Assembly: GCA_020137815.1 (NCBI GenBank)
Contig: CM035357.1
Coordinates: 5,518,001 to 5,582,000, forward strand
Source: Hormiphora californensis
Lineage: Eukaryota > Animalia > Ctenophora
Length of the DNA: 64,000 bases
Direction: 5' to 3'
Positions 45,026-58,039 of this stretch are shown in pieces (position 1 is the stretch's first letter; each line of letters opens with the position of its first letter). Below the pieces are notes generated by a model, which saw only the letters and a list, made by a program, of their open reading frames with translations, had not been told where the DNA came from and ran no database searches. The translations under genes and the position numbers were made by a program.

Positions 45026-48000
45026 GAAGTCAGTTTGAGTTCATCCTATCTACTATTGGATCCGTGGTGGGACTGGGGAACTTATGGAGGTTCCCAATTA
45101 AAGTTAAACAGTATGGAGGAGGTGAGTAGTTAATTACTAATTAACTAGGTCTACAGTTGCCAAGCTAGACTGCCTTTCACGATCCCCGCAAAATATGTAA
45201 AGGGAGGGTTAGAACATAACAGGTCTAAAGTATTGGACCACAAATTCAGACTGAAGTAAGGCAGTGGCCGAGGAGTCAGAATGCACAAAACAATCCGTCC
45301 CTTCTCTCCCCTTGTTAAGAACCTTAGTGTGTATTTTATGCATATAATATTGAATGAGTGGCCCCTACTCACGACTCGTAATTTAACGTGCGTCGTGCAC
45401 AAGCTGTCGAGAGGATTTAAACCATGCATTATTAAGTTGCAACCACAGAGTCAACATTAACAGTCTCAAAACTGCATTCAATAACTAGATATATTTCAGT
45501 ATGGCCACTCCAATATCTCTAATTCCAGTTTAACACCCACTTTTCTCCCCCAGCGGTGTTCCTGATCCCCTATTTCACTATGTTGTGTATAGAAGGAATC
45601 CCTCTGTTCATGGTGGAGATGTGGATTGGTCAGAGATTCAAGGCTGGTTGTATTGGAGGATTCTATAAAATTAACAAAGCCCTGAGTACGTGATAAATTC
45701 ACAAATTTCAATCCTGACGTCAACTTATTTTGTCATTTTATGACTTTTTACCCACTTAAAATTTATCCTAAACCCCTTCTATTCTGTAGCTGGTATTGGG
45801 TTCGCTACCTGGATGATAGGTTTCTACACAAACCTCTACTACAATGCCATCATTATGTGGACGATATACTACTTTGTGGCATCTATAAACAAGGTAATTT
45901 GTCTTGCTAGAACCTCTCCCTCGAAATGGTAATCGAACATAAGACCAATGTATGTTGTTCAAAACAGTGTGAAATGCTGTATCATGAGTCCTAGCCCCAC
46001 ATAATATAGAAAAGGGAGATGTACTACCCAACAGACCATGTCTATTTCCCATGGTCCCCCTCACATTACTTTATTACCCGCATGCAATGTGTGCTACAGA
46101 ATGCAGTGAGGGAAGTGTACCATTTGTAAAATATCATCACCATGGGGGCCCCACAGTTCAAAACACAAGACTCGTCTAAGCTCCACCGACCGCCATCTTC
46201 CTGCCCTCTAAGTCCCACCTTTCCAGCTCTCTTCTAATCCCTATCTCACTGCTCTCAGTCCCACCTTTCCAGCTCTCTTCTAATCCCTATCTCACTGCTC
46301 TCAGTCCCACCTTTCCAGCTCTCTTCTAATCCCTATCTCACTGCTCTCAGTCCCACCTTTCCAGCTCCCTTCTAATCCCTATCTCACTGCTCTCAGTCCC
46401 ACCTTTCCAGCTCCCTTCTAATCCCTATCTCACTGCTCTCAGTCCCACCTTTCCAGCTCCCTTCTAATCCCTATCTCACTGCTCTCCACAAAGCAGCTCC
46501 ATTTCTCACCCCCTACTTTTCAGTCATTACCATGGGCCGATGACTGCGAAATACGTTGTAGGAGCGTTAGAACAAATCAGATCCCTTCTAACCCCCCTAC
46601 TTTTCAGTCATTACCCTGGGCCGATGACTGCCCGATCGATGGACCTGGTGCTGAATGCTGTACTAACACAACTAGAGCAAGCCATTACTGGTAAGTGTGT
46701 GTGGTTTCATCTCCTGAGTGTTTCATACATTGTTCGATACTGGATCACTAAACAATACCTTTCTCTATGTAATTTTGAGATGTTTTAGGGCACAATTGTC
46801 TTGTTCGACCCTCACTGCACCGAGGGTTAGAATATAATCCCTCCGTTATAATAATACAGGTACTACGAGGCAGCTCAAGATTAGTGATGATATCAATGAT
46901 GCTGGAGATATAAATTGGAAGATGACATTGTCCCTTTTGGCAGCCTGGGTTACCTGTTTCCTTTGTATGGTTAAGGGTAAGTTAGGGGCTAGCAGTCAGC
47001 TGCCAATCCTCTTACCAAGCTGTTCTCGCGTGCAGAACATTTGAAAGAAATGAGAATAGGGTCAGGCCAATGCTCTGTAAGGTTGGGAGACACATATTGT
47101 GTAAATTGAGTTTCTCTGAAGCATGATTGTTCCCTGGTTCAACTCAAACCGACCGAATCAGGAAATACTGGTCCCTGATTGGCTGATAACCAGTCACGTG
47201 ACCTAAATAACGAGTTCTGATTGGTTGTTTACTTGTGTCGGTCGGTTCCTAACTCAAACCCTCCTCAAGGAATTAAGACGTCAGGGAAAGTAGTATACGT
47301 CACTGCTATCTTCCCCTTCATGGCGCTAATCGGACTGTTCATCATGAGTCTCACTCTCCAAGGATCCAGCGAGGGAATCAAATATTTCTTCGATCCTACA
47401 GTGAGTTTCATAAAGCTTGTGAGATGAATCAGGCAAACAATATAAATCTGTAATACACATGAGTAAACAACTGTTTCACACTTGAACTTGCAAGGATTGT
47501 TTCTATTCGAAATTTGAAATCATTTCCCTCCCAGTATGTGTTTACATTTGAAGATAAGAATACTACCCGGAATGCGACTAGCAACTGGGATCAGCTGAAG
47601 AACCCTTACTGCTGGTTAGAAGCTGCATCTCAAATCTTCTACAGTCTTTCTCTAGGTCAGTTGTAATTGCTTTTTTTTTCTTTTTTTAATCGCCTTGCTC
47701 GACCCTGTTTCACTACGCCCCGTGAAAAAGGGTTTGAACAAAAGAAGGTTTTAAGACACGATCTAGTTATTGCGCTCTTTTATATCGATCAAATACATTC
47801 TTTTCTAGGTTTTGGATCCTGTATTGCCTTCGCTTCCTACAACCCCACCAAAACAGATTTCTACAAACAGACAATAGGAATTTCCATTGTGAACAGTTTG
47901 AGTTCCATGTTGGCGGGTGTCACTATCTTCGCTATCATCGGATCCAGTGCAGTCAAGAACCAGATTCCCATTGATGAGGTATTGTGAGGTTGGGTGAGGT

Positions 48001-48304
48001 GTTTGTGAGGTGCGGTTGCTGAGTGTTTGGGAATGCGTGGATGAGGTTGTTGGCTTTCCGAGCAAAAGTAGAGATCTTCTAACTTTAGATTCCAATTACT
48101 CCTACGTTTGAGCGATTATAGCGTGGCAATGCATACATGCTGTGAACTTCAGTACCCGGAACCTAATTAGTATTAACTGGTTCTGCACGTGCCTCTATTC
48201 TAGGTGTGGGGGTGGACCGTGAATAGAGCAGACTGTGACAGCTTAATTTTACACAGAACATGCTCAGCGGTGACAGCTATAATTTACTTCCGGGATATTA
48301 CGGC

Positions 48305-48365
<61 letters not shown>

Positions 48366-50789
48366 AAACACGCCGAAGCGTTCTTTGTTGAAACCGGCAG
48401 ACGAAAGTCCCGAATTCAAACTTTCAAATACTCAGTAAAATTCCCTCTAATTTCACTTCAAACCTACCATGACTTCAAGCTTTGTAAAATTGGACAAGGG
48501 GCGCATTTATCGCATGTTTGGTAAATCTCCCTCCCTCTTTCTAACCATATCCACCCTTCTCAGCTCTCAACAGGTCCTGGACTAGCGTTTATTGCCGTAT
48601 CTGAGGCCATTGCCACCACCCCAGCTGCCCCTCTCTGGAGTGCCATGTTCTTCCTCATGTTATTCATGTTGGGAATCGATTCACAGGTAACAATCCCTCA
48701 TTGACACGTGATTTATGACGTCACATGACACTCTCCAAACCCACGCTCCAAACCCCCATTGAGTCATTGACAGCTGTTCCAACCTCTGCCCCGCTCTCCA
48801 ACTCCTAATCCTAGCAAAATGATATTATTCCAAGAACCGATAACAATCACAAATACAAGTTTTAGTTAACTCCTATCTCCCCTCTATCAGTTTGCTGGAA
48901 TTGAAGGAATGATGACAGCTCTTGATGATACTACACTGGTTCCCAAACGAATCCCCCGACCTGCAGTTATCGGTGAGAAACAATCACTAACATCACTATC
49001 AACCAGCTGTTTAACTCTCAGTGTATTTTGAAACTGATGATATTATATCAAATGGCCTGAAACATCATTTAACCCTCTCTCTCTTTTTCAGCCGGTTTCT
49101 GTGGTATCTCCTTCCTTCTCGGTATCCCCTTCGTGATGAGTAACGGCCTCTACATCGTTGATCTCTTCGACAACTTCAGCGCTAACTTCCCCCTTATGAT
49201 GGTCGCATTCTGTGAGGTCACTGCTGTGTCCTGGGTCTACGGGATCAACCGGTGAGTGAGGGAATAGTTAGTGGGTATATGGGATCAACCGGTGAGTGAG
49301 GGAAAAGGTAGTGGGTATACGGGATCAACCGGTGAGTGAGGGAAAAGGTAGTGGGTATACGGGATCAACCGGTGAGTGAGGGAAAAGGTAGTGGGTATAC
49401 GGGATCAACCAGTGAGTGCAGGGGTGGCGGAACCGGGAAGACGGGAGGGGGTGCTGGGTGAGTGTTGTTGTGAAGGAATAGGAACTTGAAACAAAAATTA
49501 AACATGAATATCCGCACATGAAACGTCCCCGAAAATGCATTATTTGGGGGAAACCGATAAAGTGATGAAATATTTCGACACCGGAGTTATGGGATGATTT
49601 AATCTTTTAAATTCCGTGCGTTGCATATCCAATGATTTATGATTATTCATTGAAAATTAGTGTGTCATCCAATCGAGTGTGAGAGGATGATAGAACGACG
49701 GTCATAGGTGTGTTGTTATTATAGGAGAGAGTCTGGAGAGAACAACACAAGATACATATTCAGTATCCTTGAGTCTGATCCCTCCTCCCCCCTATGTGTG
49801 TGTAGGATGGCTCTATCTCTAGGTGTCAATTGGTCCGTTGATATACGGTAACTCCCCATTTCGGTACCCTTTGTTGGTTGTAGATACACTGTGAGAGGGA
49901 GATAGAGAGAGATAGAGAGATAGACTCGGGGAGATAGAGCGGGAAGACTCAAGGGGGAGAGAGATATGGTGGACATGTTGACAACCCCCATCCATCTTCA
50001 CCCCCCCCCCCCCGTCAGATTCTGCCGAGATTTCGAAAATATGACAGGATACTACCCTAATATTGTTTGGCGTGCACTGTGGGTGGTGATCACTCCTCTT
50101 TCCATTCTCGGGATTCTCCTCTACTCTTTGATCGACCAACTTAGCAACCCTATCAAATACCAACAATTCGTAGGCTGTATGGTAAGTGTAAATAGATGTT
50201 ACCCTAATGTTTATGTTACTTCGTGCTTGGCGAATAATAGTTTGCCCTAAGTTGTGCACACATGCATATCATATTCACTGTATGGTTGTTGCAGGGTTTG
50301 GTGTTAATCTTTGTAACGCGCGGAAACTGAATTGTGAAAAAAGAAATCTGTCAGCACTCGGCCCGGGAATGCGCGCGTGTAGAATTGTGTGCCGCGCGGT
50401 GTCCACTCCTGCGCTGACAAGCGCACGCGACACTAGCTAACCCCTCCCTCTCTCTTTCAGGCAACTGAAGATGGTATGAGTGGAGCATGGACCGTCGAGA
50501 ATGACTACCCAGCTTGGGGCTGGGGTCTGGCCTTCATCCTAGTGTTCTCTTCCTTCCTGTTCATCCCAATTATGGCGGTACTGGCATACCTTCCCAAAAT
50601 CTTTGGCCCTAAATACGAGATCGATTGGCCGTAAGTTATAGCAAATCTGACCCTTAATCGCCTATAAATTTCCAATTTATTGATAAATGATTTAATCCTA
50701 ACACCAATCTTCATTTCAGCCTTGTGTTAGCCCAACAAGAAAAGAGAGAAGGAAAAGACGTTGAAATGATAGAGGCACCGGGAGTATAG
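45026..50789 (+). CDS. SLC6 sodium:neurotransmitter/amino-acid symporter, ~14 exons; first exon(s) lie upstream in poor-quality sequence
   Basis: [144 protein letters not shown]. Confidence 0.93.
46211..46487 (+). repeat. Intronic minisatellite, 46-bp unit x ~6
   Basis: agtcccacctttccagctc(t/c)cttctaatccctatctcactgctctc repeated. Confidence 0.9.
49241..49418 (+). repeat. 40-bp tandem repeat x ~4.5 reiterating an SLC6 exon end and its 5' splice site
   Basis: gggatcaaccg|gtgagtgagggaaaaggtagtgggtatac at 49241, 49281, 49321, 49361 and 49401 (partial). Confidence 0.9.
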
Positions 50790-53326
50790 AACCAAAAAGT
50801 CCCCCACATCCTCGAGAGAGAGTTATTATTGTTACAGTTTTAATACATTGCCTGTGTTGTGCAAAAAGACTAAAGGAAGCATGCCAGTATGAAAGAGTTA
50901 TTAGTCACATATATATCGACAATCAATGTGTGTGAGTGTTTTACTTTTTTGTAGGTTTATTTGACAGAGAGAGAGCCTGTTTATCTGTCTGGCGCCGCGA
51001 CCCATCTGAGCGCACTGTCGAGAATCAAATTGGGGTCTGGCGCCGCCAGACAGCTGTTTATTGAGAACCGTTAGTTATATCTTTAGATAATTTGGGAATA
51101 CTTTACTAGACTTGGAAATATATCGGGAGGATATGCTTTAGTATTAATGTTATACATGGTATAGGTAATGTTATTAACACATCTTCATATCAACTAACTG
51201 TCTTTCTAGAGCTAGTAGGTTCATTTATATAGGAGTGTCCAGAGTTGACATGATACCAGTCTGTCAGCTCTCACACCGGACATCAGGCAGCCTGCATAGC
51301 AACAGTTGCCACGCAGGCTGTCCTTCGTCAGGTGCTAAGCAATTCCAGAGGTCTGTAAGAATTATAACAAAATATGTTTTGGTATTTGAATGAGTTGGTA
51401 AACAATTGAAGCGATACAGGGCAGTTATTATAGGGCAATTTGAAAGTGAAACAACAGAGAGGCCTTGGTTACGAAGTCACCCCTTTTGTTGCATATAACA
51501 GAGGGGTAATTTCATTACTAAAGAGAGGCCCGGGCGTTAGTGATATTTGTTGACCAGGATATATAACATCATAGTGTGTGATGGTGTGGCAGAGCATTGG
51601 TAGGTGTGTGTTGTTGTGTGACCTCGTTGGGCAGAGATCATGTCGATACAAGGGTAGAGTGACTGATTATTGATATAAAGGCCGATTTTTCTACTATAGA
51701 GAATGATGGAAATGGAGAAGATCGTGTGCCCAACGAGTGTGGCCTATGTGGGTCATCACACGACAACTGACAGTGAGAAAGGAGCCTATATATATATTGA
51801 CACAGTGTCTAATGAAATGTTCGAACCGTTTTATTGAATTTAACATGAATAAAGAAATAAGTTTTATTTGTTTGAACCATTCCTTAATCAAGGGTGAGAT
51901 TAGCAGGATCGATCTGGTAGTTGGGTCAGCTCTGCTTCCCAGCTGTGCCACCCAACTACCTGAACCATTCCAGCATTCCTGGTGATATTTGTTGAACTTG
52001 AGGGGTGGGAGCCGGAGAGAGGGTTGGGAGAGAGAGAGAGAGGTGGGAGAGAGGGTCGATTACTCAACAAGGTGATATCATACTGCGTCCCTAAAGTGGA
52101 TTCTGTAGACCACCAGCACTCAGCACTGGACTGAGACCTGTGAGTGATTCAAATGCTTTTTAGCAAATGCCTTTACTTTAGAAGCCGACTGTCGATCACA
52201 AAATATGTTGACGGGTAGTCTACTACCGGAACCTCCACCACCCCTTACTCTGAGTATAAGGGGTGGAAGAACTCTTTGAGTATAGTAATACTCAGGAAAC
52301 GACCGAACCGGTTTTTTCCACCGAACCGAACCGAATTTTAAAAACTTTTTTACCGAGTATAACTCAACAAGGTGATATCATACTGCGTCCCTAAAGTGGA
52401 TTCTGTAGACCACCAGCACTGGACTGAGACCTGTGAGTGTGACGCAATTCAAATGCTTTTTAGCAAATTTGCCTTTCGAAGCCGACCGTCGATCACTTGG
52501 GCACGTCGCGCCCCCCATGTTCGCGCGCCCGTGTTCGCGGGCAAGTCGATCACAAAATATGTTGACGGGTATTCAACTACCGGAAAGTATAGTAATACTC
52601 TGACTCAGGAAACGACCGAACCAGGTTTTTTCCACCGAACCTAATTTTTAAAACTTTTTTACCGGACCGAACCTAACCGAACCATACCAAACTTTTCCTG
52701 TATTTAAATATTTCTCTAAAAAGTCATGCAGAGCATCGATCAAGGTGTAGACTGTAGAGAATCATTCTCTGAAATTTTGTAAAAAAAGTTTGGAAAATAT
52801 TTCAAATTCAAAGTCAATTTTGTGAAAAAATTTCCAAGTCAATTTTTGTGTATTATATGAGGGGGGGGGGGTGACACGTAACACTTTGTAACACTTTGTA
52901 ACATGTAACGCGCACAAAAAGTTTTCTGCACACGTTACAAAGTGTTACATAGTGTTACAAAGTGTTACATAGTGTTACAAAGTGTTACAAAGTGTTACAT
53001 AGTGTTACAAAGTGTTACATAGTGTTACATAGTGTTACAAAGTGTTACATAGTGTTACAAAGTGTTACATAGTGTTACAAAGTGTTACATAGTGTTACAA
53101 AGTGTTACATAGTGTTACAAAGTGTTACATAGTGTTACAAAGTGTCACAAAGTGTTACATAGTGTCACAAAGTGTTACAAATTGTTACAAAGTGTTACAA
53201 ATTGTTACAAAATATTTACAAAATATATAAGACGGTTGGTGAATAAGTAATTTGAACGACTTTGGTGTCTTTCTAGAACACATCTAAAAGTTTTAAATCA
53301 TTTCTAGGGTTAAAACATACACTTTT

Positions 53327-53943
53327 GGGGGAGGTCCAGCCCTAAAAAAAGCTAAGCTAACGGCCAAAATCAGGGTACCTTTAGCTTTTTTTAGCTTTTT
53401 TTAGCTTTTTTTTAGCTTTTATTAGCCTTTTTTAGCTTTTTTTAGCTTTTTTTAGCTTTATTTAGCTTTTTTTAGCTTTTTTAAGGCTAAAAAAAGCTAA
53501 AAAAGCTAAAAAAAAAAGCTAAAATTGAGTTTTTAGTGGATTCATATAGGTTCGAATCCCGCTGACGCCAAATTTTTTAAACTTTTATTATAACGTTTTA
53601 TATCGTTTTTTGAACTTTTTTAAAACTATTTTTATCAAATTTGAATAATATTTTTATCGAAAAAATGTCTCCAGAAAATGGCAGTAGGGGTGGATACAGA
53701 AATTGCTATGTATGGACATAAACGGTAGATTATGGTAAAAAATGTGCAGGAAATGAACAAATGCAGTCAATAGACGTCCGGAAGGATGAAAATTTAATGG
53801 AAAAGTGTCAAGATGAATGCTGAAAAAACATAAAAAGTAGGGCTAAAAAAAGCTAAAAAAAGCTAAAAAAAAGCTAAAATAAAAAACGCTATCGACCAAA
53901 ATCAGGGTACCTTTAGCTTTTTTTAGGGCTGGACCCCCCCCCC
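53327..53943. mobile_element. ~615 bp element with G-run termini and TTTAGCTTTT repeat arrays, nested in the previous element
   Basis: (c)actttt|gggggaggtccagccctaaaaaaagcta ... tagctttttttagggctggacccccccccc|actttt. Confidence 0.75.
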
Positions 53944-54167
53944 ACTTTTTTACTAATTTGCGGATATTTTGAGCCTCCGATGTCATCGACTGTGGAAATC
54001 AGGGCTGAAATAGTCCATTTGGTAAAGAAAAATATGAACTTTAGACAACGGTAAAGTTTTTAGAGTGATATTAAAAGTATTGTGCCTCTCAGAGGCCCCC
54101 AATGTGCTGAGTCACCTGTGAGTTGTGACCCAATCGACTTTTTTTCATTGGTAATCGATTCTTTGTA

Positions 54168-54339
54168 CAGTCGGACCCCGATTTAAGGACACCCTCGGGG
54201 GAAAGGCTCTTGTCCACTAAATCGGGGTGTCCACTAAATCGGGGTCAAATAAGGTTAATTTCCTATATCGGTGGAAAAAAATCCTGTCCCTAAATCGGGG
54301 TGCCACTAAATCGGGGGCCCCTAAATCGGGGTCCGACTG
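54168..54339. mobile_element. 172 bp Tc1/mariner-type MITE, TA TSD
   Basis: ta|cagtcggaccccgattta...taaatcggggtccgactg|ta, with internal ctaaatcgggg repeats. Confidence 0.85.
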
Positions 54340-55844
54340 TACTTAATAAGATGATATACAACGTTTCTGTTGGAAAAAGAAATAAAATTTTTCCAAAATA
54401 AATTTTTTGGTCAAAGATTGAAAATTTGCTTCGCTACAAATCCTTGTGTGTTTGTAAATATTTTGTAACAATTTGTAACACTTTGTAACACTATGTAACA
54501 CTTTGTAACACTTTGTAACACTATGTAACACTTTGTAACACTTTGTAACACTATGTAACACTTTGTAACACTATGTAACACTATGTAACACTTTGTAACA
54601 TGTAACGTGCACAAAAAGTTTTCTGCACATGTTACAAAGTGTTACAAAGTGTTACGTGTCACCCCCCCCCCTATATGAATCGTGTTTCGAGTCGACAATA
54701 CGGGATTGTACTGGATTGTACTGATACCCCGTATCAAATCATATCATATCGAACCCGCTAACCAGCGAAATCATTTCCACATAGCACCACCGATTCGAAA
54801 CAGGATTCATACGGCAAAATTGGCATTGAAATCCATAAAATTTTTCGTGAAATAATTGAAAAAATGACATGTGATGGCTGAAAGAGCCCGATTTCTGGCC
54901 ATTTTGAACAAAAATTCGGTTTTTACCGAACCGAACCGAACCGCCGAAAAAACACCGAATCACCGAACCTATTCGGTCTTACTCAACAAATTCGGTCGCT
55001 TCCTGGTAATACTCAAACTGTCACTGTCAGGCCAATATTCTGACCATAGATCTCGCACGCTCTCATTTGAAAGAAATGAGAATAGGGTCAGGCCAATACT
55101 CAACAAGGAACCATGTACTAAATTGCTCAATAAATGAAGTGTCAATCATCCAGGTGTCACCCTTTCTAAATCAATCTCACCCGAAGCGTGGAATTGGAAT
55201 TGCCTAACTGGAATATATCATCATTTAATTTTAAGAGGTCTTCACATTTGTTCTTGCCTTGCTCTACCTAACCCTCTCTCAGTGAGTTTCAAGAAACGCG
55301 AATGGGTAGAAAGTTCTACTACCAGCAACAAAAAACTTGTTCTGGCCTGATTTTTCATAATACTGACTCAGACTGTTGCAGTCAACATTAGACAATACTT
55401 CTAGTTTTAGAACATCTAAGTTGTTGACTCTTGAATCGAAGCTCAAAATTGTTTCCTGCCCGGTATAATTATCAGTTTCCCCGCTAATCAGTAATCACAA
55501 GTCCCAATAACAGCAATTGCCCAACAAAGATGACATTAATAATCCTCAATCCTTCTCCTTATTCTATCTCTCCCTCTCTCAATCCTTCTCCTTATCTCTC
55601 CCTCCCTCATCTTTCACTGAGCGTCAGTCAGTCAAGGTTCCGGGTCCTTGAAACCACAAAATACCACCACACCACTCTCTCTCTCTCGACTGACACATTG
55701 GAGATCGGATAATTAGCCAGTTGCCCTCAACTAATCAGTGATTAACAACAAGGATCGTAGAGAGGAACAAATAATAAGGCATTTCCGGAGCAAGAGGGTG
55801 TCTTTCTGACCATCCAAGTGTCACGTCTAAACCACAACAAGGGG

Positions 55845-55985
<141 letters not shown>

Positions 55986-58039
55986 AATAAGGGAATGATA
56001 GGACCACGCGAAAGGGATTAAGATGGATTAATTTTCCACAACTGTGATATAGAGAAGGGGGGCTGTCACATTTCTATAACGAGTTGCATGTTTCGTTACT
56101 TTAACTTAGGCGTACTTCCCCTCCTGCCTTGCAATTGCACTGTGACAGTCTTTTTCCACCAACCAATACTGAGATAAATAAATCTGACTTGCTTCAAACC
56201 GGAATCTATTATATGCCTTATGATACATGACCTTGAGGTAGTGTACTAGTAGGGATGGGAGTGGGATTGTGATAAATGATGTTGGATGAAGATGAAATTC
56301 AACAAAAAACTGATTCAGCTGGACCAGTTATTTGTTTGACATTATTTTAGAGTGTGAAAGGTGCTCCTGGTTGTTCAAGACTGCAAGGTGATCCAATATA
56401 GATTGGAGATGTCGTGTGAACTGGGAGAGCATTAATGGGTATTTCAAGGGCGAAGAATCTCCCACAGTTTCCCACAGCTCGAGAGCTAAAAACAAACCTC
56501 CCCTCGGATCTATGAACCAATCCGACTACAGATCTTTCACAGTTTCAGAACAACAATAAGCTGCGCTCTCTTGCTGCTGGGTGAAATCAGTGAAGGAAGT
56601 GTGCGATCATCAACTCTTCCACGCCTCTCCCTTTCTCTAAAGTAGTATAAACCCATTGAAAACACACAGGCACATTAGCTTCAAAGCACAATACAGTGTT
56701 TTCTTGTTCTCTCTCTCTATCACCCTTTTTCTCATCATTGTCTTCTCTCGTTCTCTCTTGTTCTCTCTCTTGTTCTCTCTCTCGTTCTCTCCCTCAGTCT
56801 CTCTCTCACACACTCTTTCTCCAAACCTGTGAAATCGCTTTCCGGGTGAGTTACATGCTTTCCTAGCCACTCTGCACCAATCCACCTTGTAGCACCTGGT
56901 CTAGTACTGTGTTGAACACAACTTGTCCTAATATGTGTGACACCTCTCACCGCATCTTATCTCCAATAGGTCACATTCTAAACCACTCCAATAGGCCTGA
57001 TTCTATTTATAAACCACTTCAATAGGCCATAGGGCCGATTCTAAACCATTTCAATAGGTCCAATTCTAAACTGTTTAGTAAACACTTCGAGCGGGGGGGG
57101 GGGGGGTCTCAGATAAAACTCTCAATTAGACCTTCGTCTACTGCAGTACCTAGCACTTAGTTAGTTGATTTAAACGACTCCCTTCTAAATGTCTACTAAA
57201 ACACATAGTGACATACTGCGCTTCTATAAAATTGAATGAATCAAAGCACTACAGTATCTTGAAATCTCAAGTTCTTCTTCGGAACAATTCAATGTGATCG
57301 CTCCCCCTTCGAAGGGGGCCTTCTTCTGTCAAACGATCAATTCACTTAACGAGAGAGAGCTTACAATAAACCATATGAGTATTTAGCGAAATTCTGTTTG
57401 ATTTAGTTGTGACTTTTGGATTCTCTATAACTCTTTAGATCTCTAGCCTCTCTCTAGCTGCATTTATGCCTACCATCAAGGTTGAGTCTTGTGAACATTT
57501 CAACCACCTTTCAAAAAATTATCAAGTTGTATAGTACGACACTTCGTCTCTATCTGGGGGCCCCTCTATCTTCAAGACTTTTGACAGAAACATGATAAAA
57601 TTGTTTCCGTCAAGTTTAGAGACTTTTGCTCTTTCCTCCTGGAGGAAAGAACACTTTACATTAATATCGAACCTTGTCATTTTCTGAACTTGATATAACT
57701 TGATATGATGCGTTAAATATTATAGCTTTCGCCTTTCATAAAAAACGACCGCTAACGGTAGTTTTGCATTTCAACCTGTCAAGCCAATGCTCTAACCGCG
57801 GTTCTCGAAATGATACTATAGGGTCAGGCGAATGCTCTGACAGATCTCGACGCAAAAACCCACTAATATTATTCCTCTGATTCTGAACTTATCCTATTCT
57901 ATTTCTAACTGCTAGACCGTGTTCTCTCCTATTCAGCAGCGTGCAATAATAAACATCAATTTGATATCTAACCAGAATACCATCATCCTTCTTCTTATAT
58001 TGAGTAACATATCACCCTTCTACTTCAGCTACCATCATC

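Larger units (their letters stand above)
52861..54671. mobile_element. Foldback-like element with poly-G/poly-C termini and inverted arrays of a 10-bp repeat (agtgttacaa/t)
   Basis: tatatga|gggggggggggtgacacgtaacactttgtaac ... gttacaaagtgttacgtgtcaccccccccccc|tatatga. Arrays at 52934-53220 and 54462-54600. Confidence 0.8.
52293..55005. mobile_element. Non-autonomous hAT-type element (8-bp TSD gtaatact) hosting nested insertions; left end locally duplicated (52063-52360 vs 52362-52690)
   Basis: gtaatact|caggaaacgaccgaa ... ttcggtcgcttcctg|gtaatact, with subterminal accga repeats at both ends. Confidence 0.8.

Noticed and set aside
46211-46487. Regular repeat arrays resembling CRISPR (also 49241-49418 and 52934-53220)
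   Set aside because: Head-to-tail units with no unique spacers, eukaryotic intronic or TE context, no cas genes.
53530-53570. tRNA-like T-loop ggttcgaatccc
   Set aside because: No cloverleaf or acceptor stem; embedded in a repeat element, so not called as a tRNA.
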